Shown: in pieces, positions 10,199 through 18,237 of the stretch
How the letters are laid out: the number at the start of each line of letters is the position of its first letter
Numbering within the stretch: the stretch's first letter is position 1
NCBI GenBank assembly: GCA_007695055.1
Contig: REEM01000143.1
Span: 3,812-67,811, forward strand
DNA: 64,000 nt
Source: Spirochaetaceae bacterium
GTDB taxonomy: Bacteria > Spirochaetota > Spirochaetia > DSM-27196 > SLAA01
Reading direction: 5' to 3'
Position numbers and translations under genes: made by a program
Notes under the pieces: generated by a model
What the model saw: the letters and a program-made list of their open reading frames with translations, nothing else
Databases searched by the model: none
What the model was told of the DNA's origin: nothing

Positions 10199-10723
10199 CT
10201 AGGACTGCTCGAACTCGCGAAAGAGAAGACTGTGTTGAATGCCTGAGTTGTTTTGGTACTTACCGCCGCGGTAGGTCTCGTAGTCACCGTCAATTGTGTG
10301 GTAGAAGACCTGGCAGATTTCTACACCAGCGTAGATGCGTATGGGTTGGACACAGAAAATTTCGAGCGTCCAGTAACCACAGAATCCAACATCACCGAAG
10401 CCGGCCGTAATGTGTACAAACAACCCGAGTCGACCAATTGAGGAACGCCCTTCCAGCATAGGAACGTAGTCATGAGTCTCGGTGTACTCGACGGTGCGCC
10501 CCAGATACAGCGTGTTCGGCTTGAGAAGAAGCCCTTCCGGTGGGATTACAATGCTCCGCGAGGTATTCTCTACGCGCATGTCGAGCTCGTTCGAGTCATA
10601 GACCCGGAGCTCGTCGTGGAGCCGCAAGTTGTAACTGTTGGGGTTGAGCTGACTCGGAACGTAGGGGTCAATTATGATCTTAGTGCCGAGGCCTTCTGCG
10701 ATGCGTTTTCCTGAGAGTATCAT
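10199..10723 (-). CDS. dcd: dCTP deaminase
   Basis: 174 aa. MILSGKRIAE...NPNSYNLRLHDEL...EGRSSIGRLGLFVH, Dcd family. Confidence 0.9.
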   Translation of the reverse strand: MILSGKRIAEGLGTKIIIDPYVPSQLNPNSYNLRLHDELRVYDSNELDMRVENTSRSIVIPPEGLLLKPNTLYLGRTVEYTETHDYVPMLEGRSSIGRLGLFVHITAGFGDVGFCGYWTLEIFCVQPIRIYAGVEICQVFYHTIDGDYETYRGGKYQNNSGIQHSLLFREFEQS

Positions 10724-10777
10724 TGACGTGGCTCATGGTAACTCGGTGACGGGGCCTTAGCCCCGCCTTTCCGGTAG

Positions 10778-10951
10778 TTACATGAGATCCTTGGGACGAC
10801 GTGCTTGATTGCCCGACTTCTCACAAACAGCAAAATGCTTCATTCGACCGTTCTCAAAAACCGACTTCATGATAATTTTCCCACCCCAGCGACTTGTGAG
10901 TTCGCGGGCACCTTCACGGCGTGCATTCTTTGATACTTTTCCAGCTGCCAT
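10778..10951 (-). CDS. Small basic hypothetical protein (57 aa)
   Basis: Not in the track. ATG at 10951 preceded by AGGAGA. Hand translation: MAAGKVSKNARREGARELTSRWGGKIIMKSVFENGRMKHFAVCEKSGNQARRPKDLM*. I do not recognise a family. Confidence 0.45.
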   Translation of the reverse strand: MAAGKVSKNARREGARELTSRWGGKIIMKSVFENGRMKHFAVCEKSGNQARRPKDLM

Positions 10952-11146
10952 ACTATTCTCCTGTCACGCTACCGATGCTACGAACACCGAAGCTGTTTTG
11001 GTTCTTGTACTGATAGCTTTCTTGTAGCATTTTTCTTGAGGAATATCAACAGGCTTAAGATCGCTCTAGGTGTGGGTTGCGTCAGAACGGGTGTGGCGGG
11101 CGAGACTGGGAGCGCCGAGTGCGATGGCGGTAATTCGTCTGGGTAC

Positions 11147-11196
11147 AAAAAAACCCACTCCTCAGTGCGACCGTAGAGGTTGCACCTTGGTGTGGG
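11147..11196 (-). terminator. Rho-independent terminator downstream of ferredoxin
   Basis: Minus strand: CCCACACCAAGGTGCAACC-TCTAC-GGTCGCACTGAGGAGTGGG, followed by TTTTTTT. Confidence 0.65.
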
Positions 11197-11220
11197 GGAT
11201 TCTCGCAGAACTAGAACTGC

Positions 11221-11391
11221 TTAGCCAACGTCAATTGCGTCGGTTGGGCATACATCAAGACATGCGCCACAGCTGGTACAGGTCATGGGATCAATGACAC
11301 GTACGCCATTGGCCTCGGAAATAGCGTCAACCGGACATTCCGGATCACAGGCAGCGCAGTTGATGCAAGCATCGTTAACAGAATAAGCCAT
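11221..11391 (-). CDS. 2x[4Fe-4S] ferredoxin (56 aa)
   Basis: Not in the track. Hand translation: MAYSVNDACINCAACDPECPVDAISEANGVRVIDPMTCTSCGACLDVCPTDAIDVG*. It has two CxxCxxCxxxCP motifs. AAGGAG lies 8 nt upstream. Confidence 0.9.
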   Translation of the reverse strand: MAYSVNDACINCAACDPECPVDAISEANGVRVIDPMTCTSCGACLDVCPTDAIDVG

Positions 11392-11542
11392 ATATAGTCT
11401 CCTTATTGTTAATATTCACCGGTAATATGACACAGTTTTGCCAATCCCGCAAGCTAATTTTTCTCTTTTTATGAAAGTTTTCACAATATTTAGCCCAGGA
11501 CATGTTATTAAGACCCAGTGCTTCGTAAGACGTTCAGAACGC

Positions 11543-11941
11543 TCACTCGGGGTCGTCGATCGCAAATGGGCCAGAGCCGGGGCCCAAGTCGGGGGCCCCT
11601 TCCAGAAGCACCATGGGAATTCCTGCTCCACCAAGTGCCTGTGGCTTAGAAAGGCCCACACAGATGCGGCGCGCCCGGGGTGCTGCATGTGAAACTATGG
11701 TGAATAGATCGGCGCCAAGATCCTCAAGCAGTTCGAACACGCGCGCCTCGGCCTCTACATAACGACGCACCACCCCCGTAAGCTTAGCGTAGTCGACCGT
11801 CCTGTCCAACGAAGCGCGTCGCCCACCAGAGCCCAATGAGTACACAGAGGACGGGTCAAGCTCAATCTCAATATCAAGTTCAAGGGGTTGCGCTTGATCG
11901 GTTTCGCCCGGGTTTACGCCGATCAAGGCTGAGAGAGGCAT
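11543..11941 (-). CDS. FolB (dihydroneopterin aldolase)-like domain protein
   Basis: Track ORF 11543..11974. A start at ATG 11941 (MPLSALIGVNPGE...) avoids overlap with proB. LELDIEIELD...DRTVDYAKLTGVVRRYVE...FELLEDLGADL resembles the FolB fold family. The assignment is by pattern recall only. Confidence 0.5.
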   Translation of the reverse strand: MPLSALIGVNPGETDQAQPLELDIEIELDPSSVYSLGSGGRRASLDRTVDYAKLTGVVRRYVEAEARVFELLEDLGADLFTIVSHAAPRARRICVGLSKPQALGGAGIPMVLLEGAPDLGPGSGPFAIDDPE

Positions 11942-11945
11942 GCGG

Positions 11946-13067
11946 TTAATGAGTATTTTCAGATTCTTCATCAAAGAACACCATGTCTTCGGGCCGGGCG
12001 ATGAACTCCTTGCGACCGCCCCCCAGTAACTTCTCTATTTCGCGGCTGTGTTTGCCAGCCAGCGCGGCAAGTTCATAGCTACTCATGGAGGTGACGATCT
12101 TGCCACAATCATTCAGATTCACCACAGCCCCGGCCGGAAAGACGCCTTCAACCCGCACGATACCGGTCGGAAGGAGACTCTTCTTGCTGCGTATTGCGGC
12201 CAATGCGCCGTCATCTATCGTGATTCGTCCTTGGGGTTCACTGTTCAGAATCCACCGTACACGATTTCCAAGACGACGCTTGGCAAGAAAGACGGTGCCT
12301 ATCTCCTCGCCCGCAAGCAAACGAGATAGAACACGCGGCTCGCGGCCATGCGCCAGCAACATGGGGCAGCCAGCATTCTCAGCAACGAGCGCTGCAGCGA
12401 GTTTGCTCTGCATGCCCCCGCGTCCAAAGCGACTCCCGGCCGAACCCGCCGCCGCCAGCACCTCATCGGAAATCTGTGGGACGGTTCGAATAGGGAGCGC
12501 ACCACTGGTTGTGCGCGGATCACTATCGTAGAGCGCATCAATGTCACTGAGAAGAATGAGAACCTCCGCGTCAACCTTGCTTGCCACCAACGCCGACAGA
12601 CGATCATTGTCACCAAAGGTGGTGCCGATCTCGGCCGTTGATACACAGTCATTCTCATTGACCACCGGGACGACACCCAAGGACAGCAATGTCTCAATTG
12701 CGTTTCTCAGATTCAGATAACTTGTGCGGTTATCAAGAACCTCACGTGTGAGCAAGACCTGGGCAACACTGGTGTTGTGCCGAGAGAAGGCGTCTTTATA
12801 GGTGTTCATAAGGATAGGTTGCCCCACGGCCGCGCAAGCCTGGCGTAGTTTCACGCCTTCAATGCGGCCACCGATCCCAAGTTCGGAGGCCCCCATGCCG
12901 ATAGCACCGGAGGTGACAATCACCACCTGCTTTCCAGCCTTAACGAGCGTGCACACCTGTTCAGCAATATCGCGAATATATGTGGTGTCGATACCACCGC
13001 TATCAGAACGCAGAACGTTGGTACCGATCTTGACCACAACACGCTGTACCGAGGAGAAATCTCGCAT
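11946..13067 (-). CDS. proB: Glutamate 5-kinase (with C-terminal PUA domain)
   Basis: 373 aa. VVKIGTNVL...VVIVTSGAIG...NENDCVST...FGDNDRLSALVA, ProB. Confidence 0.93.
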   Translation of the reverse strand: MRDFSSVQRVVVKIGTNVLRSDSGGIDTTYIRDIAEQVCTLVKAGKQVVIVTSGAIGMGASELGIGGRIEGVKLRQACAAVGQPILMNTYKDAFSRHNTSVAQVLLTREVLDNRTSYLNLRNAIETLLSLGVVPVVNENDCVSTAEIGTTFGDNDRLSALVASKVDAEVLILLSDIDALYDSDPRTTSGALPIRTVPQISDEVLAAAGSAGSRFGRGGMQSKLAAALVAENAGCPMLLAHGREPRVLSRLLAGEEIGTVFLAKRRLGNRVRWILNSEPQGRITIDDGALAAIRSKKSLLPTGIVRVEGVFPAGAVVNLNDCGKIVTSMSSYELAALAGKHSREIEKLLGGGRKEFIARPEDMVFFDEESENTH

Positions 13068-13072
13068 AGCTC

Positions 13073-14386
13073 TTAGGTTTTATCGGCTTTCGGGAGAGCC
13101 ATTGTGCGATGCGTGAAGGGGCGTGCATTCGGGCCGCTGTAGTCAGACACAACGTGGCCCGCTCCGCGTAGGCGCCACTTATAGGTACACAGCCCCTCCA
13201 GCCCAACCGGCCCACGAGCATGCACCTTGACGGTGCTGATACCTACCTCGGCGCCGAGACCGTAACGGAAACCGTCCGCAAAGCGGGTAGAGCAGTTCCA
13301 CATCACGCTTGCTGAGTCCACAAAGTCCATGAATTGCTCCGCAGTCTCGGCGTGAGTTGTCACAATGGCGTCTGTGTGCCCGGAGCCGTACTGGTTAATG
13401 TGAGCAACCGCAGCTTCAAGGTCATCGACCACCCGCACCGCAAGTATATAGTCCAGGTACTCAGTCTCCCAATCAACCTCGCTTGCATGTTCAATCCCGG
13501 GTAAATACTTCTGTGTGATCTTACAGCCACGGAGTCGCACACCCTGCTCGGAGAGTGCTGTCGCGAGCTCGGGAAGAAAACGATCCGCTATCTCAGCATG
13601 AACCAACAAGGTCTCTGCGGCATTGCATACCGCTACATACTGCGTCTTGGAGTCAGCTACTACTCTTAGGGCCATATCTATGTCAGCTGCGGCATCTACA
13701 AATACGTGACAGATCCCGTCGGCATGACCCAGCACGGGAATTCGCGTGTTGTCCATAATGTGTTTTACAAACTCATTGGATCCTCGCGGAATAATGAGGT
13801 CGATATCGTCGTCGAGGGCTAACATAGCTCCTACATCTTCACGTGTCTTGAGTAACCCTATCCAGCCCGTTGGCATGCCGCCGGACTCAGCCCCACGGCC
13901 GATGGCTGCTGCCAATGCCTTGTTCGTTTCGCGGGCCTCACTGCCCCCCTTAAGCAAAACCGCATTGCCGCTCTTGAGACAAAGACTTGCAATCTGCACC
14001 AGCGCATCCGGGCGGGACTCAAAGACCATACCAATAACTCCGATTGGACATCCGACTCGTTTGAGCACCAGACCTTCATCAAGCTCGCGGACTTCCTGAA
14101 CCAGACCTACCGGATCAGGCAGCGATATAACGCTGTGAATACCCCGAATAGTCTCGGCAAGCTTGGCCTCGTCAAAGCGCAAACGCTTGAGCAAGGGCGC
14201 AGACAACCCAGCTGCCTCAGCAGCCTCCATGTCATGGCGGTTCGCCGTCAGTATGGCCTTTTTTTCTGCCTCTAGCCGAGCAGCCAGCGCCTCCAAAGCC
14301 GCGTTCTTTCGTGACGTGGGCTCGGCCGCAAGCAGCCGTGACGCGCCTCGAGCGGCGGCCGCAACGGTACGGATATCATCACTCAT
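13073..14386 (-). CDS. proA: Gamma-glutamyl phosphate reductase
   Basis: Track ORF 13073..14572. The conserved start MSDDIRTVAAAARGASRLLA is at 14386, overlapping the aroG-type stop by 8 nt. Aldehyde dehydrogenase-type ProA motifs are present (HADGICHVFVD, VCNAAETLLVH). Confidence 0.92.
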   Translation of the reverse strand: MSDDIRTVAAAARGASRLLAAEPTSRKNAALEALAARLEAEKKAILTANRHDMEAAEAAGLSAPLLKRLRFDEAKLAETIRGIHSVISLPDPVGLVQEVRELDEGLVLKRVGCPIGVIGMVFESRPDALVQIASLCLKSGNAVLLKGGSEARETNKALAAAIGRGAESGGMPTGWIGLLKTREDVGAMLALDDDIDLIIPRGSNEFVKHIMDNTRIPVLGHADGICHVFVDAAADIDMALRVVADSKTQYVAVCNAAETLLVHAEIADRFLPELATALSEQGVRLRGCKITQKYLPGIEHASEVDWETEYLDYILAVRVVDDLEAAVAHINQYGSGHTDAIVTTHAETAEQFMDFVDSASVMWNCSTRFADGFRYGLGAEVGISTVKVHARGPVGLEGLCTYKWRLRGAGHVVSDYSGPNARPFTHRTMALPKADKT

Positions 14387-15443
14387 GCTGCCCTCCTTCA
14401 CCCTTCGCAAGCACCGAATGAACAGCGTGAAGCAGAGCTTCTGTTTCCTCCCATCCAATACAGCCGTCGGTAATTGAAACGCCGTACTCGAGTGTCTCGG
14501 GATCTTCAAGCTTCTGTGAACCGGGGTTGATATTGCTCTCAAGCATAAAGCCGATGATTCCCGAGCTGCCACCAGCCCGCTGTTCGACTACATCTTGAAG
14601 AACCTCGCTTTGGCGCCGATAGTCCTTACCACTGTTCGCATGGCTGCAATCTACCATCACAACCGGCGGGAGTTTCGCCGCTCTCAACTCTTCACCTGCC
14701 GCAGCGATCTCGGCGGCTCCGTAATTTGGTCCCTTGCGACCACCGCGTAAAATAACATGTCCGGCCGGGTTTCCGCGGGTAGATAGAATACTGGTGAGCC
14801 CTTTCTGATCAATTCCAATAAAGCTCTGAGGATGCATAGCGGCCGAGAAGGCGTTAATTGCGTTCTCTACACTCCCGTCAGTACCGTTTTTGAACCCAAC
14901 GGGCATGGACAGTCCGCTTGCCATATCACGGTGCGTCTGTGACTCGGTGGTGCGTGCCCCTATTGAGGCCCATGAAACAAGATCGTCCAGAAACTGCGGA
15001 ACAATTGGGTCGAGCATCTCACTGCCAGCCGGTAGCCCCATACTGGTAATCTCAATAAGAATGGAGCGTGCCAAACGCAGTCCGGCCTGTATGTCCTTGC
15101 GTCCGTCAAGGGTAGGATCAATAACTAAGCCTCGCCAGCCGAGTCGTGTTCGCGGCTTTTCAAAATACACGCGCATAACAATGTACAACTGATCCTGCAG
15201 CTTCTCGCTGAGGGCCTTGAGGCGGCGGGCATAATCAAATGCTGCCTCAGGGTCGTAAATTGAGCACGGCCCCACCAAGGCAAGCATGCGTGAGTCCTCG
15301 CCACGGAGTATGCGCTCAATCACATTACGACTCTCAGTTACCGTTCGCGCACTCGCATCGGGTTGGGGATACTCTTGCTTCAGCACCTCCGGCGGTACGA
15401 GCGGTGTGGCGGATACAATGCGAAGATCGCTGTTTCGGGTCAT
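14379..15443 (-). CDS. 3-deoxy-7-phosphoheptulonate (DAHP) synthase, class I
   Basis: 354 aa. LALVGPCSIYDPEAAFDYARRL, YFEKPRT..GWRG, MVDCSHANS, the AroF/G/H family. Confidence 0.9.
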   Translation of the reverse strand: MTRNSDLRIVSATPLVPPEVLKQEYPQPDASARTVTESRNVIERILRGEDSRMLALVGPCSIYDPEAAFDYARRLKALSEKLQDQLYIVMRVYFEKPRTRLGWRGLVIDPTLDGRKDIQAGLRLARSILIEITSMGLPAGSEMLDPIVPQFLDDLVSWASIGARTTESQTHRDMASGLSMPVGFKNGTDGSVENAINAFSAAMHPQSFIGIDQKGLTSILSTRGNPAGHVILRGGRKGPNYGAAEIAAAGEELRAAKLPPVVMVDCSHANSGKDYRRQSEVLQDVVEQRAGGSSGIIGFMLESNINPGSQKLEDPETLEYGVSITDGCIGWEETEALLHAVHSVLAKGEGGQHE

Positions 15444-15681
15444 AAAGAACTGTCCTGTTTGTCACTTGCACCAAAGTGTCCATGAAGAGTGACTTGATGT
15501 TGTAGTAATCAGTATACGGGCTTTGCGCCTTCAATCCAAGAGGTGGACACCTGCCAAAGCGCTTAGCGGCGCGCGAGTTGGTGCAGCGTGGCCGGGTTGC
15601 AGTCATAGACCACAATCTTAGCTGGAGCAAAGGCGTTACAAGCAGATGGCCACTGTTCGCGCACCTGCGTCATTGACATGT

Positions 15682-16827
15682 CTAGGTCGCCAAGGCAGCC
15701 GCCGAGTAGGTGATGGCCCCCAACTGGGTAATCTGATTGTCAACCAGAACAATCTCAGCGCCAGAATGAAGGGCCTCAATCACGGCAGTATTGATAAGGT
15801 TCTCACTCTGTTTGGCCTCCATGCCGTCGGCTAGGTGCACCAGTCCGGTTGCCGGGTCATAGGAACCGCGGACTTCCTCGTTGGGATTCACAAACAGGGC
15901 TGCCACATGCCCACCGGTGAGGGCAGGCAGTACGGTGTGAACACTCTCAGTTTTGGACTTGGCGCCATGATAGCGATCAAGCGCCCCGGATTGGGCCGCC
16001 TTGAGGCGAGTCTGCATGAGTTCCCAGCCGCGACTGATAATATCCTCAAGCCGAATGGTAAAGGGGTCAATATGGATGGCTGGCTCTACAACATTTCGGT
16101 ACTGATTCTTCCGCTGATAATGCCCAACTACCTTTGGCGCTCCCATGAGAACCAGCGGCACCTGATGCTTTTCTAACCATGGTGTTACTTCGGCCTCTAC
16201 CGCGCTGACAAATCTGTCCACAAAACTGCGCCGATCATCTTTGCCTGTGCCATGGCCATGAGTAATCTGACCCTGCCCTCCGTAGCCTGCGGAATGCTGT
16301 TGTAAGGACTTCTCAAAGTGGTCAAAGCGTAGCACATAAGCCAGGTCCTCCGGCAAGCCAGGCAGTTCGATCAGCTCGGTGCTGAAGCGATTGGAATGAT
16401 AGAGTCCGGCCCCACCGAGTGACAGGGTTAAGACAGCGTACTCCATGTTTCGAATGACCGGGTCTAATAAGGGTAGAATTGACATGCGCTCCCCAACCTC
16501 AACCTGCAGCTTACAGGAGATCGGCAGCTCAATGCGTTCGTAACCCTCGCTGTTCACAAACAAGCTCATACTCCCCAGTTGATGCAGCATAACCGAGTCG
16601 TCTTCCCCCAGCTCAACAACCGGCCGAAGGAGCTTGTGCACCTCTGCCTGTTCGAGTCCATGGGCAAGGAGTTTTCGTTCTGCGCTGTGCATAGCATTGC
16701 GCAACTGCACACGATTTTTCTGGAGCGGCTCACCAACGCGCTCCATGGGAAGATGAAAGGAAACTTGAGGGAACCCTTGAGACGCCCCTATGCGCCGTAA
16801 GTCACTCCGTGTAAGTTTCGCTGTCAT
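15682..16827 (-). CDS. Hypothetical protein, bacterial aeRF1-like (baeRF-family) candidate
   Basis: 381 aa, AAGGAGG before the ATG. The N-terminal pattern LTRSDLRRI...VSFHLPMERVGEPLQKNRVQLRNAMHSAERKLLAHGL...SMSLFVNSEGYERIELPI matches my memory of the baeRF3/7-type families. I ran no search. Confidence 0.45.
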   Translation of the reverse strand: MTAKLTRSDLRRIGASQGFPQVSFHLPMERVGEPLQKNRVQLRNAMHSAERKLLAHGLEQAEVHKLLRPVVELGEDDSVMLHQLGSMSLFVNSEGYERIELPISCKLQVEVGERMSILPLLDPVIRNMEYAVLTLSLGGAGLYHSNRFSTELIELPGLPEDLAYVLRFDHFEKSLQQHSAGYGGQGQITHGHGTGKDDRRSFVDRFVSAVEAEVTPWLEKHQVPLVLMGAPKVVGHYQRKNQYRNVVEPAIHIDPFTIRLEDIISRGWELMQTRLKAAQSGALDRYHGAKSKTESVHTVLPALTGGHVAALFVNPNEEVRGSYDPATGLVHLADGMEAKQSENLINTAVIEALHSGAEIVLVDNQITQLGAITYSAAALAT

Positions 16828-16902
16828 TTCTGAGCCTCCTTGTCGTTGGTCGGTGCCAGCCCGATCTCCGTACTCTATGCTTTATGCTCCCACAACTCGC
16901 GT

Positions 16903-18111
16903 TCAAGCCAATGCCGAGCGGTCAAGCGCGGCAACGAGCACGTCCGGGGTGGACACAAACTCACATCGTGCACCGGTTTCATAAACACGGCGCCGAAGAT
17001 CCTTATCACTGGTTACGAACACCGTTGAGACCTCACCTCCTAAAGACAGTGCCGCCTCCACCATCGGGAGATCCGACTCGGTGTCGCCACAAACCAAAAT
17101 ACGTTTACCGGACAGGTGCAGCTCCAGTTCTTGTACCAAGAACCGCAAGCCGTCTCCTTTGGTAAAATGGCTCAGCTCACCGCCATTGCCTTGCTCACCA
17201 TCTACCTCACCATCACTCGTGGGAATGAGTTCAAGGTCCTTCCCCGTATCCTCAACACGGATGTGGTGCCCCGCATTTCTCATGTCAGAGACAATCCTGT
17301 GTACGGCCTCAAACAAGCGTTGTGAGTCGTGTGCCGGAATTGATCCAAAGACATCTTGATACGAAAGCGTTGTCTCACCCAGCTTCTTCTGAAAGCCCGA
17401 GCCAATCTGCGTGAAGACGTGGTTCTCCGGATGCTGCAGGAGTTCCTCGACCCTTGCATTGAGGTTGTCCATGGCTTCTGCCACCCGCGCTGGAAGAGGA
17501 CGGGATACTCTCTGCCCCTCAAAACTGCAGTACTCGCCCCCTTTTGAGCCAGCGAGCAGAAACAGGGGTTCGGGCATCACGCAGAGTTCGCGTATGCCTG
17601 TTTCCATAAGCGGTGCAGCGGTAAGGATTACCGGGGCTTGCCGGACGGTCCTTCCGAACCGGGACAGATAGACCGCGTTGTAGGCGGACTGAACCGAGGA
17701 TCGGTAACGCCCACAGTAATTATTGACGGTGCCGTCACGGTCGGTGAAGAAAGCATCATAGGGCTCAGAACCTATGAAGTCGCAGACCAGTTGAAGTTCT
17801 TCTCCGAAACCGGTGTGAATCTCTGAAAGGTACTGAAGAAACAGGGGTTCGCCGTGCTCAAAAAACAGAATGTCTTTCTGCAGTTCACTGCTTTCGTAGT
17901 TGTCTTTCACGAGAACAGACCGGCCCTGGTCATCCTTTAGATGCAGCACCCCTTCTTGATCGCGGGGCGCATTGCTTATGGTGGCTGCAATGCGTTTGAG
18001 AAACTCAAGATGAGTCGGTTGTACCAATTTCTTAAGGTAAGAGGCGGCCATGTCACGCCGAATGATGCGGCTTTCATCCATGAGCTGATAGAACTCCGCG
18101 ACTCGTTCCAC
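16903..18111 (-). CDS. HAD-IIB phosphatase, trehalose-6-phosphate-phosphatase-like, with an extra N-terminal domain
   Basis: 402 aa, GTG start after AGGAGA. HAD motif I FFTDRDGTV, a KGDG segment, and motif IV VCGDTESDLPM. It is divergent from the GH65 fusion gene. Confidence 0.6.
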   Translation of the reverse strand: MERVAEFYQLMDESRIIRRDMAASYLKKLVQPTHLEFLKRIAATISNAPRDQEGVLHLKDDQGRSVLVKDNYESSELQKDILFFEHGEPLFLQYLSEIHTGFGEELQLVCDFIGSEPYDAFFTDRDGTVNNYCGRYRSSVQSAYNAVYLSRFGRTVRQAPVILTAAPLMETGIRELCVMPEPLFLLAGSKGGEYCSFEGQRVSRPLPARVAEAMDNLNARVEELLQHPENHVFTQIGSGFQKKLGETTLSYQDVFGSIPAHDSQRLFEAVHRIVSDMRNAGHHIRVEDTGKDLELIPTSDGEVDGEQGNGGELSHFTKGDGLRFLVQELELHLSGKRILVCGDTESDLPMVEAALSLGGEVSTVFVTSDKDLRRRVYETGARCEFVSTPDVLVAALDRSALA

Positions 18112-18237
18112 TGCGTCTCCTGTGCTTGGTGTCGACCTTCTTTCAGGTAGAACTTACAAATGCTCGGCCGTCAAGGAAAGCCCCTATTGGACAGTCTCCC
18201 GACGGTCTCAGTATGTTTAAGGTCGGAAGGAGATGAA

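Noticed and set aside
10171-10206. Tandem 18-bp direct repeat (tatgaatatccgaggacg / tatgaataccctaggact) at the convergent hisI/dcd junction
   Set aside because: It has only two imperfect copies, overlaps both stop codons, and has no hairpin potential. It is most simply a local duplication with no evident function.
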